A stretch of 64,000 bases of DNA from Hydrolagus colliei. Lineage: Eukaryota. Below the pieces are notes generated by a model. That model ran no database searches and was not told the DNA's origin. It worked only from the letters and a program-made list of their open reading frames with translations. The stretch lies in the NCBI GenBank assembly GCA_035084275.1, contig CM068747.1, forward strand, positions 25,482,001-25,546,000, read 5' to 3'. A program made the position numbers and the translations under genes. This document shows, in pieces, positions 46,405 through 59,961 of this stretch (its first letter is position 1; each line of letters begins with the position of its first letter).

Positions 46405-48276
46405 GTCTGTGCATTGTGTTTCGAGATGAGCATTCTGGGTCTTGTAGTTGATTGTGCTCGCAGCCCGATTTTTTACCTCGATATATCGTTTTTCGATATA
46501 TCGGTATTTTTAAAATGTCTATATCGGCATATCGATATGAAAATCATATCGGGTTTTAGCGATATACCGATATATCGCCGTTCCCTATTGTATAGTGGCT
46601 TTCACATTGGGTGGCCATCCCAAGGTGCTGGACAGTCAGTATTTCAGACCCGAGCTGGGGTCGGGATCGGGGAGGGTGAACGGAAAGAAGGTGAGTGGGG
46701 GGCAGGAACATAGGTGTTCTTTACAAGAAGGTCTTTATCTTTTGTCACATGGCAGTATCATTATTTGGTTAATCCATCTTGAAACTGTGTGAGGGGAGAA
46801 GTAATGGTGGAGACGGGCCATGTTACAAGGGTGAGACCAAGTTGAGTGGGTAAGAACACTAATGTGGGCTTTGGGAAACCCTACCCTTTGGCAAGTCGCT
46901 TTTTAAATCCAGTTTCCTAATTAGCTGTTAATTTCCATGAGTCTTAATCCTTCAAACTCTGATATGCTGAATGTCAGCAAATGTCTTTTGAGAATTCATG
47001 TAAATTATTTCTACCAGACAACCTTCATCCACTGGTGTCACAAATCCAGATCATTGAGGCTTTTGAATCCAACTTGACTATGTGACAGATGAGTTTGGAA
47101 GAGTCTGGTATTATCTTAAGATTTCTTCCTTTTCCTCCTTTTGTTTTTACAAGCAGTTCAACTTTAGCGTCTATTTATATCCCAAAGTATTAACGATTTA
47201 ATATTGGGCAAATATGCTCCTAGACTTTTTTCTGTTTCTAACAACAACAAAATTACATTAGTAGAGAGCCTTTCACGTTGAGAGGGTATTATTTAGTTAT
47301 TTAGGTGGCAGCTAATCAGGAAAATTAATGTTGGTGTTTCCACACATGCAGAATGTGATTGTAATTGTGTTACTCACACCATAATGTCTTAACAGCATGT
47401 CAATTTTAAAGCAAGTACACAAAGAAAAGTCACCTCCGTTGAATGTTCAGTTACCTAGAGTGACAACAGTCGCTGGTGACTGGAAAAGTGTACACCGTTG
47501 GCAGAACTACTTCAAAGTAGATCGCTCTTTGTCAAGTGTAATATTGTTGGTGGCATCTGACCCACAGTGGAAAGCATTTAGTTTTTCTGGTCAAGTACAA
47601 TGTGAGTTCAATGTAGAAGTCACTTGCACCTTTAATTATTATACTTTGAATAACTTTTTCAAGCTCTGGACTGATATGGTATTTAAAATTGGCAGGAAGT
47701 ATTATTTCTATGCATTATCGTTTTACAGTGAGTTACTTAATCCGAAGGAATCCATTTGGGGGCAGTATGAGTCTAGCAGATCAAAAACATGTCCAGCCTC
47801 AGAACTTGGCAAAAGGCAAAATGGTATTTCATATGCAACTTGAGCAGCACAATATGTTGATGTTTAAAAGAAACGGCATACAGTACTTATTGAAACTATT
47901 TATTGTTTGGTTCTGTATCTTCTTCTGATATACTGTACAGCCAAGGGACAACGAGAGGAATGTGAAAGCTTGTGGTACTTGCAACAGAATTACAGGTAGA
48001 CTGAAATGGGAAGGAAGGAAGGAATGAAGGGACATAAATTGTTATTGAAACAAGATAAGGTCTAGAGAACTGAAGAGACAGACAAGATCAAGGCAGATTT
48101 TTAAATGCAAAAATCACGTGCAATCAAGTGTTTTTTTAAAGAGTTTTATGAATATAAAGTCAATGATGCTGCGAGCTAGAAAGTAAAATTGTATCCTTCA
48201 GCTCTGACCCCCAAAAATCAAAGCAGAAATCCCCCCACACCTTTATATGTGCTTTTCCATTTTATTTTTCTGCATT

Positions 48277-48473
48277 AATAATCCCTCAAAAAAAAACACA
48301 ATAATGAAATGGGTCATTTCAATCCACGTCTGTGTGTGGGACACTGCTGTGCACAATTGGCTGCCGTGTTTCATCCACAAATATGCAGTCAATTCCCTTT
48401 ACAGTAGAATCTGTGAAGCGCTTTGAGACATCAATAAGATGTGAAAAGTGTTATATCAAATGCAATAATTATT
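48277..48473 (+). mobile_element. SINE, 5'-truncated
   Basis: Core plus tail. Confidence 0.85.
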
Positions 48474-50753
48474 CTTTTTCCTGCATTACAGTTACATGTT
48501 ACAATTTTTCTCTCCTTTGGATGTGAGCCCATATATTAACCCCCAGTTCATTTTATCAAAGAAATAATGTATGGAAAATGTGCAATAATGCAAGCTAATG
48601 TTCCAGCGACTTGGGACGTCCTCCCGATCTTAAATGTCACACACAACAATAATTTTGTCTTTGTTGAAAGGTAGCCAAAGCTGGCATCTTACCAGCACTT
48701 TATTATAGTACACTACATGTTTTAGCAGGTCCAGAACAGACAAAATGGGCTGATTGGCCTCCTATCCTGTAAACTTTCTGAAATTGCTATTACCCTCATG
48801 CTTCTTGAAAGTTTTTTAAAAATATATAATTTTCAAATAGACCTAAGTTGGGACCATTTGTACTCCTACTGAGTGCGGAATTAAGAATGAGAATGAAAAT
48901 GTATGAAGTTATTATCAATATTTTCTCAGATTCTGGTGGTTTGCTGATGGGACTGTTTTGTGGGACATTTCAAGGTTATGATTTTGAAATTGAATAGGTG
49001 TGAGTGCTGTAGATCACGGGGTATGTGGTTGTGATTTCTAAGAATTAATGGACTCTTCAAAACCTGCAGCTAAATATTGTGTTCTTAATTCTTAAATCTC
49101 TAGACTTTCACAGTGCAACTGAATTCTAAGGATGTGCTGTGATGAACAACCTATGTGTATAAAGAAAGGTCTTTTTGCTTGGATTTTTCTCTTTGGTCAG
49201 ACTTGACCAAAAAAGCAGAAATTCTGCTTTCCAGCTCGCAGCATCATTGGGGGTGAATTTACATTGACTTTATATTTATAAAACTCTTTTGTGTGCGATT
49301 TTAGCATTTAAAAATCATAATCACTAGTGTTTTACATTAAACCTGCTATAAGCAATTTCCCCCCCCCAAAGAATCGTTAATCTCATGTGAGTGGGGGAAT
49401 AATTATTTAGTCATAATTATGTTTGATCACTGTTGCAATACGGGGTCAACAAGTCTCGCATGTGAGAATGTATAATCAATGTTGTGTCCTAGATTGGTAA
49501 TTTAGAAATGATGCATTGAAAAATGTACATTTTAAAACGTAGCTTTTTATCTAAAGCCGCAGAAATACATTTCGCTTAGCGTTTCGTTGCGTTTTGAATA
49601 TCTCGCTCGCTGAACTGTCAATGGCGTAGGGTGAAAATTTAAACAGACTCTTTTCTTTAAAATGTTGTCGATGATTGGCTCTCATTATCCTCAATTTTTT
49701 TTAAATATCCATCACGTGGCCCAGTCACCTGCGTTTTGCTGGTGCCTCCGGCTCCTAATCACTGCCTGCAGCTTCTCAAATAATTGAAGATCGAGATGGT
49801 CCTGCAATTGATTGCCATCATCTGCTGCCTGAATACAGAACAAATGAGGATGAAGTGATTTGGCAACCGCTCTTTGCAAACAGCAGCGATTTCAGAAAAT
49901 GTGAAAGGCACCTCGGAGATTACTAGTGAAATCAGTTTTAATTATTTTTAATGTTTAAGTAAACATGTGGTATTGAGTGAGTGTAGAATAGAATATAAAT
50001 GAAATACTGTGTTTGGCCACATAATGAAATGCCCGACCAAGTTTGTTCTTTTTGTGTGGCATTTGGAACTGTCTTGTCTGATCATTATTAGCCTAAATGC
50101 GGGTACATAACTTTTTTGTTTCAATAGTGGATGAAATTAAATAGCTGTTATAATGGGAAAGACATGCAAATTGCTCTGAACCCTTTGAAATATTTAGTAT
50201 TTCAGTGACTTGGGATGTCCCCCCGACATGAAAGGCGCTATCTAAATATATAGTTGTTATGTTTTTTTTTAAATGGTACAGAAGAGCACACTGCTGCTCT
50301 TCTGGACTAAAAGTTTCTCTGAAGGCTAACAAATCAAACCCTACTTGTCAGATTCAAATGGATGTTAAGTTAATGTTCATGTAATGAACTTCATGTAATG
50401 TGTACACTTTGTTTCTTGCCCGTTTCTTACAGTAAAAAATATGCATATTGAATGCAAACATCACTTTGTTTAAATGGCACTTGGGTTTCTGGTCTATTTT
50501 TTTCCCCAAAGTTTTCACTTCATATAAGCTATCATCGGGTATTGTAATTTAAAGTATTTTCCTCAGTGGTACCCATGGAAACCATGATTTTAAAAATGAG
50601 CAAGTATGGCCTTATGTAATTTGATATTATTGGGCTCTGTTGCATACCTTCAACTGGAGAGCAATTTGGAAGCATTAATCCATGATGTGGATCAGATTAC
50701 TGAGCTAACCTCTTGCCGAATCCGATTGTAAAATGCTTCTTTTTGTGTTTCAG

Positions 50754-50859
50754 GCCAGTTGTTCCATGTGTTAGCCATGCACATGCGCTTGTTCAGAATT
50801 GACTCCGCTTACAATCCCTGGATACGACTGACGCAACTTACGCAGGCTAACAATTCAGA
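50754..50859 (+). CDS. UBR3: UBR3 exon (SQLFHVLAMHMRLFRIDSAYNPWIRLTQLTQANNSE)
   Basis: tttcag| ... GA|gtgagt; phase 1-2. Confidence 0.94.
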
Positions 50860-51543
50860 GTGAGTGATTGATTTCATTCCTGGCTTCTTCATTTCTATAT
50901 CACACTCCCTGCAGAAGAAATGCCAATGTATTCCAAAGGAGCATTGTCTCCCTTTTGACTTTGCAGAGCAAATTTTCAGATGTTTTCCACGTCTCAGAAA
51001 TAACTCTTGTGACTACAAATAGGGCATGGGCAGGGTGAGACTGGAAAGGTGTGAAATTGCATAGTGCATCTTAATACAGATGAGCAAATAATTTAGGTTC
51101 AACATTGGAACCAGAATGTACATTTATTTTGTAGATTTGCACTAGTTAATGATTTTCTGATCCAAGATTAGTTTTGGAGGAAAAGAGAATTTAAATACCT
51201 TCTGATGTTTGTCTTTCGTGAATATTTGTTTCCATTGTGCCAAAGAACACACTTTTTTTAATCAGTATTTGTTAATAGAAGATGATTGTGAAGTAGTTGG
51301 ACCTTAGTGTGTTGCACAGTTCTCCAGAGAATCAGTCTTCAAGGTCTTAAATGAGTTCCAAGTGCGCATTCGAGTTTTAAGGTCAACTACGTAATGGAGT
51401 TCATTTGAAGCAGATAAAATCTCAACGCATTCAATAGTGTCAGGTGGTTAACATTCAGCTCACAAACAAAATGATTGGTTTTGCATATCTCAGTGTGAGC
51501 TGTAGTCTGTGCAAATCTGTATCCATTTAATTTCTGCTTTCAG

Positions 51544-51644
51544 AATCTGTGATGATGACAAACCAGAGGTGCCACTGTTATACCGGGATGTTTCATCTCT
51601 CCTCCTTATCCTCGTTTTAACTATGCCGCAAGAATTGCACAAAG
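51544..51644 (+). CDS. UBR3: UBR3 exon (ICDDDKPEVPLLYRDVSSLLLILVLTMPQELHK)
   Basis: tttcag| ... G|gtaaac; phase 2-1. Confidence 0.93.
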
Positions 51645-51814
51645 GTAAACTTTAACCTTATGGTTTGTTGATCTTAATACACGCAAACACGTTGTTGTTG
51701 TTATTATTATTGTACAATAGACACTCAACAACAAAAGGAGGATGTCCCATGGTGCTGATAAGATTCAGAAGTCACCCTAGTTGAGCAAACTGCTAACTTT
51801 TTAAAATTGATATA

Positions 51815-51931
51815 ATAACAATAACAATCCTTGCATTTTGACATAGCACTTTTCACACCTTATCGATGTCTCAAAACGCTTCACAGAATATACTGTAATG
51901 TGACTTGACTGTATAATTTGTGGGTGAAACG
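51815..51931 (-). mobile_element. SINE 3' fragment
   Basis: Reverse complement of the tail. Confidence 0.8.
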
Positions 51932-54900
51932 TACGAAATATGTGCAAATGAGCACAAACAATATTTTTACCATATGAATCTGACCTACTTATTTGGGTTG
52001 CCTGATTTTATTTTCAGCTTGTTAGAATGAAAGGACATGATGCTTAGAAAACCATCCAGGCTTTTTTTTAACACCAGTGAAATAATGTCCTTAGAATGAC
52101 CTTCATCTGTTAACTGTTCTGTGATCTGTGTGATCCTTGAAGCTCAGCTGACTGCCGGTGGGGGAGGGGGGGGGGGGGGGGGGGGGGAGAAAAAAAAGAT
52201 AGCAATTTATGTTGAATTTGTGAAGTTACAATTGCAGCAATCATGTATAATAAGAGGTTGCACACAAGTGATAATTACAGTCATGTCTACTGGATATGAC
52301 TTGGAATGTCAACATGTAGCCTGAGGGAGGCTGCAATGTGTGATGAATACAAAGTCGCCAGGCTGTTTAGTCAGTGTCACCAAATACGAGCCATCTATTT
52401 TTAAATTGTTTCTGAGTAAAATCAAATTTGAAATGAAACAGCAACAAAAAAAGTCCAGATGCTTCGTATTATTAAAAAAAAAGGAGAGTTTTACAAAAAT
52501 TTTCAAATATTGGCTGCTTTTATTTTAGATTGATGTGTGGTGCAGGGGAATTTAGACAATCTTTTTGCCCCTGAACTGGAACAATGGGAATCATATCAAC
52601 TGTCTTGTTAGCATGGGAGTTGGTGCTTTTTCCAATCCAACATTGATTAAACCAAAGTAAATGTCATTTATCCTTTCTATTTCGTGAACGAAAATTGATT
52701 TGCTCCCATCACAAAGAGGCACAGCTGCAAATTGAGTCTTTTGTTACAGAAAGGACTTCATGATGAAGGTCAAAACATTTGTTAGTGTTGATAATTTGAA
52801 TGTTGGTCAAGAAGGTGAACGAAAGAAAGGGGATGGAAGACACATTGATTAGTTAGACTGGCTTCAGATGTAGAGTGACTTTTTAACTGAAGTGATGCAG
52901 TGTGCGTGACCTAAACCTATATCTGCGCAATATCGGGTGTAGCTTTGTTCCCTTTTAAATATGAGGCACGGAGAACGGGGGAATCTGATTAGATGCATTG
53001 TAAATTGCAATTATCTTCAGTACTTTTTTATTTTTTTACAAACAGGGTCAGAAGCAAACAATAAGTGACATTGAAACGAGGAGAGGGAATAGTACCGTAC
53101 TCTAATACAGGAGTGGAAAGAAAATGATATTCTGCTCACAGTGTGTGTCGTGCGTCTGCTGTTTATACTGTGTTTTTCAACCCCGGAACAGATTAGTAAC
53201 ATCTGCCTTTTCTCCCGTCACCCATCCCACCGGCACAATTACAAAATTCTGATATTGCAAAATGTAGTAGTAACAGCACCCCTAGAGCAGGCTCCACACA
53301 TTTAGAGGCGATGGAGTGTAAATTGTCTGCAGATTCCACTCCAGCAGTGACCTTGTTGCCATAGTGATGTTGTCATGTAGGGAGGCACGCACATGCCATC
53401 TGAAAAATAATGGCACGGACTATGGATTTTAGAATGCAAAACGGGCCACTCTGTTACTCTCAGTGTGCCGGATTAACTCGCGTAGTTCAAAAAGGAAACC
53501 GGGTCAAAGTGGAACTGGCAATTACTATTGTCCTAGTCTCTTGTTATTTTATGTGGTGGCAATGATCATTATTTCCTACCCATGCAGTTCTGAACACCAC
53601 ACTTTGCCAAGTATTTAGGGGCCCTGGACAAGGATTCAATACTAATCTTGACTGCTCTCAGCTAGATATAGTGTAAGAGTATATTCTGTAACAGTATGAT
53701 TTCCTCACCATCACCACCATCACAGTATACTCTGTGAAATGCCTTGAGAGGCCTCATCAACGTGATAAGGTGCTATATGAAATGCAATGATTATTATCAT
53801 TCAGTGTTCCCATTTCCTACATTTTTATGGCCTGTCAGACAAAAATGCTGATTTATTCATATTTTGTGCCAATAGGTGGATTAATTTGAACAGTTCCATA
53901 CCTACCACAAACCAAACCTATTTAACATTGAACCCTCATAGACTAAACAAGCTACTTTCATCAGATTATCCTGGACTGATTCAAACCCAAGTCCCAAGAA
54001 TTAAAATGCTCGTGGGTTAATAACCCACTGTGCGATTTACACCTCTTTCTCAGTTTTCATTTATTGAGGTTATTTTCCTTAGTACATCTCGCCTTGTCTA
54101 ACATTGATTGCTGAACTCCTTTAGAAGCACATCATTTGTTATTGGCAATGGGGAATGATTAATAGAAACAGCGGTGGAATTTATTTTGAAGGTTACAGCA
54201 GTGTCCAAATGGCTTTGGAAAAAATGTAAATAGCTTTTGACATTAACTGAGCAATAATAATGATTCCCAATTTATTTGAAATAATTTATCTAAAATCTAA
54301 TTTATCCACTTCATTTTGTCTGTAGCACCAATGAATATATTATTTTCTGACAGCAGTATACCACTGATTTCTATCAGGAGGTAATTAAGTATTTTGAGGC
54401 AGTTATTGCGTTGGTGTGTGTGTGCACAGAAATACAATAGATTACAACCAAAATACTTTGGCGCTGCAGAGAGAGAGATTTGTTTTTATGGTATGAAAGT
54501 TAAATAATCTAACACATTCGTGGAAGCTTTGAGCACTCGAAACTCAACATGAGGAACGCACTCTTGTGTTCATCTCTTTCAGCTGTTAAACAGCTGTATT
54601 TAAAGAATATTTACAGCACAGGAAGATACTGTTAGGCCCATCATGGTGTATTTGTGCGGGTGCAGTGGAAACTAGTACTGACCCATCAGAGTAGAAATCA
54701 GAAACATCACGCTTATCTACAAAGAGCCAAAAGCTTGCTGCGAGCTGTAGACAAATCTTTTTGTAGATTTTATCAAAGTCGATTTAAAAAAAACTGGGGA
54801 ATGTGAAACTCTCGCACCATCTTAATTGTATTTTCTATCATATTACTCTTTGGGCTTCCAACTAGTTTACTTACTTTGTCTTCAGATTGTGGTCTCTCAA

Positions 54901-55204
54901 AGTGACACAAATACTTGTACGGCTGTTATTCCTAATGTTAATGTAAAGGTTCCTTGGGTTAAATAAAGTGTATCGCTGAAAAGGTGGAAAAACTTAACTC
55001 AATTTATACTCATAATGATAATAATTCTTACATTTGGTGAAGCAAGCACCTTATCAAGTCATTGAGACATCTCAAAGTGCTTCACAGAATATATGAATAA
55101 TTCTTTAATTATTTTGAGATGATGCATATTCGTTCACTATGCATGACCTTCACAGATTTTTTTTTAAATAAAGTTAAGTGCCAAATATTGTGTTTGTTTT
55201 GCAG

Positions 55205-55326
55205 AGCACTTTACCTGTACTGTGAAAGTGTTGTATAATTTTTTATACACACAAGCTATTGCAGCACTGGCTGGCAGATTGAGCGCTGAGGAAAGAGCAG
55301 CCTGGAAGAATTCTGGCAAACTGAAG
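55205..55326 (+). CDS. UBR3: UBR3 exon (EHFTCTVKVLYNFLYTQAIAAL...SGKLK)
   Basis: ttgcag| ... AAG|gtcagt; phase 1-0. Confidence 0.93.
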
Positions 55327-56026
55327 GTCAGTCTATTCATATACAATTCAAGGAGGTGAGATCAAAATATGTCAGGCTAAGTTTAATCTGTATGCAAGAC
55401 TGGTGCTTCTTTTACAGTTGCGCTTTCAATAAAATGATATAGATTGTACCCATGTACAATTGAAGCAGATTGCATAAATGTGACAGACATCCATCCAACT
55501 GTATACTATACAAGTCTTGATGTAAAGTTGTATGTAAAGTATGTGTCGCTCATTTGATTTGAATGTTATGGACATTAATTAGTGAGCAAACCACAGCATG
55601 ATTGTCAGCATGCAAACATTGCTATCTGCAAATGATCTTTTTAAAGAATAAAGAGTGTATTTGAATAAACAAGTCACCACTATTTCCTCCCAAGTTAATT
55701 TGAATACTGGTCGACTTAATTTCTTAATCCGTAGCCTCTGAATGTTATTTATAAAACTCTGATCTAGGTTCCCACTACTCGCAAATTAATGATTTTCTAA
55801 AAAGCAAATAGTAATATTGTGTGTTCTCGTGCACCAATACAACTATAATTTTGTTGTCGTGTTTATCTGCTGCTCATTCATCAAACAGAGGGGATTTCAC
55901 TCGACATTGATGTGATCAATGGTCCATATATGTAAACTAATTTAAATGGAATTCAGTTAATCACTATAACTGAATTAGTCCCATTATTTTCATAGTTTAA
56001 AAATGAAAGGCCCATTTCCCTATATA

Positions 56027-56906
56027 CAGTAAAAGTCTGTTTATCCGGCACCCTTGGGACCTGGCCACTGCTGGTTACACTGCGTGCCGGATATTCGGAC
56101 GGCAAGCTGCCGAAAATCCAACACAAATTTTTTTTGCTTTTTTTTTAAACATACCACATTAATAATAGACCAAATAATAACAGAATATTGTATGAATACT
56201 TACCAATAAAGCAATAAATATCAATTACAGTCTATAAACACAGCACACAATCACAAAGCAAACTTCTACAACGGCAGACGGTACTGCCTTAAAGCGGTAT
56301 TGCCGATTTTTCCTCTTTTTTTTCTTTCTCTCCCTCCTTCCCTCTCTCTTTCACACACATAGTCAGTCTGGCATCTCTATGGCTCCAAACCAACCCCATT
56401 CCACTCTCATTTTCCTTCTAAATTAATCAACTCACACCCCCTCTCTCTCCCCTCCTCTCCCCCACCTCTCTCTTCCCCTCCCACTCCTCTCTCTCTCTCC
56501 CGCCTCCCTCCTCTCCTCTCTTTCCCTTCACCCTCTCTCTCTCCTTGTCTCACCCCACTCCCCACCAAAACATTGTCGAAACCCACAATACCGTCAGGCT
56601 ACACAGGCAATGTAGTATCCGTCAGAGAAAGAGGGAAAGAAAGAAAAGGGAAGAGAAAGAAAAAGAGAGAGAGAGAGAAAAAGGAGAGAGGGAGAAGAAA
56701 AACAATGCCCCGTTAAGATAAAAACCCGGAAGTGCCACTACTGGCACCTTTCAGAACTAATTGTACTGTACTCTTGTGCGATAATCGACTCATTAAATAT
56801 GCCACCGTGATTGTGCCAGATAAGATCCGGTTATTCGAATGGTTTTGAGGTGCCAGTTATAAGGAAGTTACAGCTGATCGGGTCACGGATAAACGGGCTT
56901 TTACTG
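56027..56906. mobile_element. MITE family A, long form with CT/GA tracts
   Basis: TA-CAGTAAAAGTCTGTTTATCC ... GGATAAACGGGCTTTTACTG-TA. Confidence 0.85.
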
Positions 56907-57869
56907 TACTCTGTGATACCAAGAAGTAACCTTTAGAAATGATTCGAAATTTCAGTAAGACATAATGAATTCTATAGTGATGCCTATTCATTTAGTTTTC
57001 CTTCACTCAAATAGTGGACAAATATTATACGAGCAAATACCCTCTACTAATGTAGAGAAACAACATGGACTTTTTTTCTCTGATTTTTGCTTCATATTAT
57101 CATGGTGTTGTTTGACATTCACGATTTTTCCTTCCTATTCCACATAAAACCTTCTCTGACCTGATAGATTAGTGCATTTCTCTATTTTTAGCATGGTAGC
57201 CTTTCCCACTGGTGCTTCTGATTGATGATTTTTGTTTGGGGTGGGGGTGGTGGGGGGGGATTTGCTTGTCAAGTGAAGTTTTATGGTTTAGCCAATGCAT
57301 CAAATGTTATCAGAATTCCACAGTGGTGAATAGCCATGTTTTGTGGCTGCTGTCACAATGCGATTGTCTGTGTGAAATATGTCTTAGATTATGTTTCAGC
57401 ACAAGAAACTACTCTTCCTCTTACATTGCCCAGAAGTAGTTTATTCAATGACAGATCGGCATCAGAACTCAGCATAATAAAATACTCCCGAGAGCCAATG
57501 GGGTGACTGGTCACCACAAATCCAGGGTGCTGTTTGAAAGACACAGAGCTACATCAAGCAATCTCTGCTCCTCTAGCTTTTTGTCTGATGTAAGGATTTA
57601 AGTGGGTGCCACACCGAGCAGTGATACTCTGGAAAGTGAATCCAAATTCTAGTTGGCTTTCGTGCCCTTTCTCTCATTCATTTCTTGGTATTCTTGTAAG
57701 TTGTTTTATTTTCTTGAGGTCAAAAAGGTGACATTGGAAGGAAGTCTGTTCCCATCACCTCCTGAATCAGCGCCTTGGCATGTCCTCCCGAGGTGAAAGG
57801 CGTTATACACATGTCATTTTGTGGTTGTTGCAGTTATATAGGAAAATTGTGGGCGTTACTTTGCACCTA

Positions 57870-58188
57870 CGGAGTCCTGTAGCTCAGTGGTTCGAGCACT
57901 CGCCTTACAAGCGAGAGACCTGGGTTCAATTCCAGGCAGGACAAAACCTTGGGCAAGTTTCCTTACTTCACACGCCTAATAATAATCCCTCAAAAAAAAG
58001 CAATAATTAATTGGTCATTTCAGTGCACGACTGTTTGTGGGGACGCTGCTGTGCACAATTGGCTGCCGCGTTTCTCCCACAAATATACAATCAATTCACT
58101 TTACAGTATATTTTGTGAAGCACTTTGAGTCATCTAGAAAACCTGAAAAGAACTATATCAAATGCAAGGATTATTATTATTATTATTA
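57870..58188 (+). mobile_element. tRNA-derived SINE
   Basis: Same family. Confidence 0.9.
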
Positions 58189-58999
58189 CCATTTCTTTAG
58201 TTAGTGCCACTCAGGACATATCATTGAATCATCCTTGACAGGAGTTTCAACCACCTGCGCTCTGCAACAACAAAAAAGTCCACGTAAACATATCTTGTTC
58301 ATTGAATGAAAGCACTGTATCAACACAACCTGGTTGTATTGTAGTCTGATGCATTTTGATGTTTGTCCCTGAAACCCAATGTTACCTTGTGAAACCTGCT
58401 TGTTGCCTTCATGTGCAACAGATAAGACATTCGTAGCTTCAAACCAGCAGTTTTTGTTGTGTGCTTTTCTAAACCAAGATTGGAAACGTTGAACACTTGC
58501 CTTGTTGGCAGGAATTATTTGTATAATGTCTTTAGGCAATTCCACTTGCATCTATTGGCTGTGACTTGGAACTAATCTTAAAGCCATCAAATAGCATCTG
58601 CAGATCTGCCACTTAGAACAATCCTCTTTCACCAAAAACATTTAGGTTTGGATTTATCAGCCAAGAGTGAAGCTAATTAGTCTATAACGGACCTGAAAGC
58701 ATTTTTCTTTCAGCGTTTATCCAGTTCAAGTTTTTTCAAGCTTTCTGTCCATCTTTCTCAACCTGGCTTTGTAGTTTGTCCTTCTCTGTGTTTCGTATCA
58801 AGCTGCCTTAACTACAATCATTATACTTCAGAATCATCCTTGTAATCTTTTCTGTTTCTTTTCACAGTTACCAAAATAATTTTTCCTTACTTCTGCTGAG
58901 TTGTAAAGTGGCATTAGAATGAATGATAGCCTTAACCCATAAGGGCATTAATTTCTCTATTTTCACTTTCACTTTGAGTGAGCTGGACTTTTTATTTCA

Positions 59000-59196
59000 C
59001 AGTAGAAGCCTGTTTATCCGGCACCCTCGGGCCCTGGCCAATGCCGGTGCCGGATATTGAGACGAAAATGCAAAAAAAAAATATTTTATGCATTTTCCCG
59101 GATAAATTCCGGTTAATCGAATGTGGATTTTTTTTGGCGATGCTGGTTATACGGAAGTTACGGTTGATCGGGTGTCGGATAAACAGGCTTTTACTG
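59000..59196. mobile_element. MITE family A, short form
   Basis: CAGTAGAAGCCTGTTTATCC ... GGATAAACAGGCTTTTACTG-TA. Confidence 0.85.
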
Positions 59197-59853
59197 TATA
59201 TTTGTAAAATATTGGCAGAACATTTCTGGACAATGCTTTCACTTGTGCTATTTTGTCATCCTTAAGAAGTCTTCAGCTCCAGCCAATCATGTAGCCAATC
59301 AAGCTAGACATTACACAAATGTAGGAGTGAGATAAATTCCTTACCAGAAGAACACTTTCTGCAATTAAAAATGCAAAGAACTGACTTTGCTACAGGGACT
59401 TTCAGTTAGTTATCGCAGTGAGGCTTGAGGCAACACTGCAATGTCATTTAAAGCTCACAACTAATATTACAGCTCGAGATGCTGAAATTCTTGGCTTTAA
59501 TCTTCCTATATATTATACCTGTTGTTTCCAGTTAATCTTTCATTTCCGGTTAATTTTATTTATTTGCCAGTTGGCTATCAATGGTCCTGGATATTTCTGC
59601 GATTGTAGGTTCATGTAAATTGCAACTGTACTTAAACCGTTCGATATTGCTTTTGATTTATGTTTAAAAAAAAGTAAAATTTACAACTTTGTGAAATATA
59701 GGTTGCACCTACCTTATTCTTTCACCAACATTTTAGTGACTATATTTATTTAAATGATATGATTTGCTTATCACTGTGCATGTTATATTTTGTATTTCAT
59801 GGACTCAGATGCACTGCGTAACCCGTTACTATTTTTATATTTAACTTTCATAG

Positions 59854-59961
59854 ATCATGTGTAATTCAGATAAATCCTTGGAGGTATTACTAAGCCATGT
59901 AATCAGCGAACTGTCCAGAGGCAAACTTTACTTTGAAAAGGAGAGTGAACCCGTATCCATG
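59854..59961 (+). CDS. UBR3: UBR3 exon (IMCNSDKSLEVLLSHVISELSRGKLYFEKESEPVSM)
   Basis: tcatag| ... ATG|gtatga; phase 0-0. Confidence 0.9.

Larger units (their letters stand above)
42854..46587. mobile_element. Non-autonomous hAT (Ac-like) DNA transposon, 3734 bp
   Basis: Perfect 16-bp TIR TAGGGAACGGCGATAT; 8-bp TSD TTGTATAG (42846-42853 and 46588-46595); subterminal CGATAT repeats. Confidence 0.92.

Noticed and set aside
53030-53110. Strong-looking acceptor ttttttacaaacag
   Set aside because: Stop codon after 6 codons and no convincing donor.
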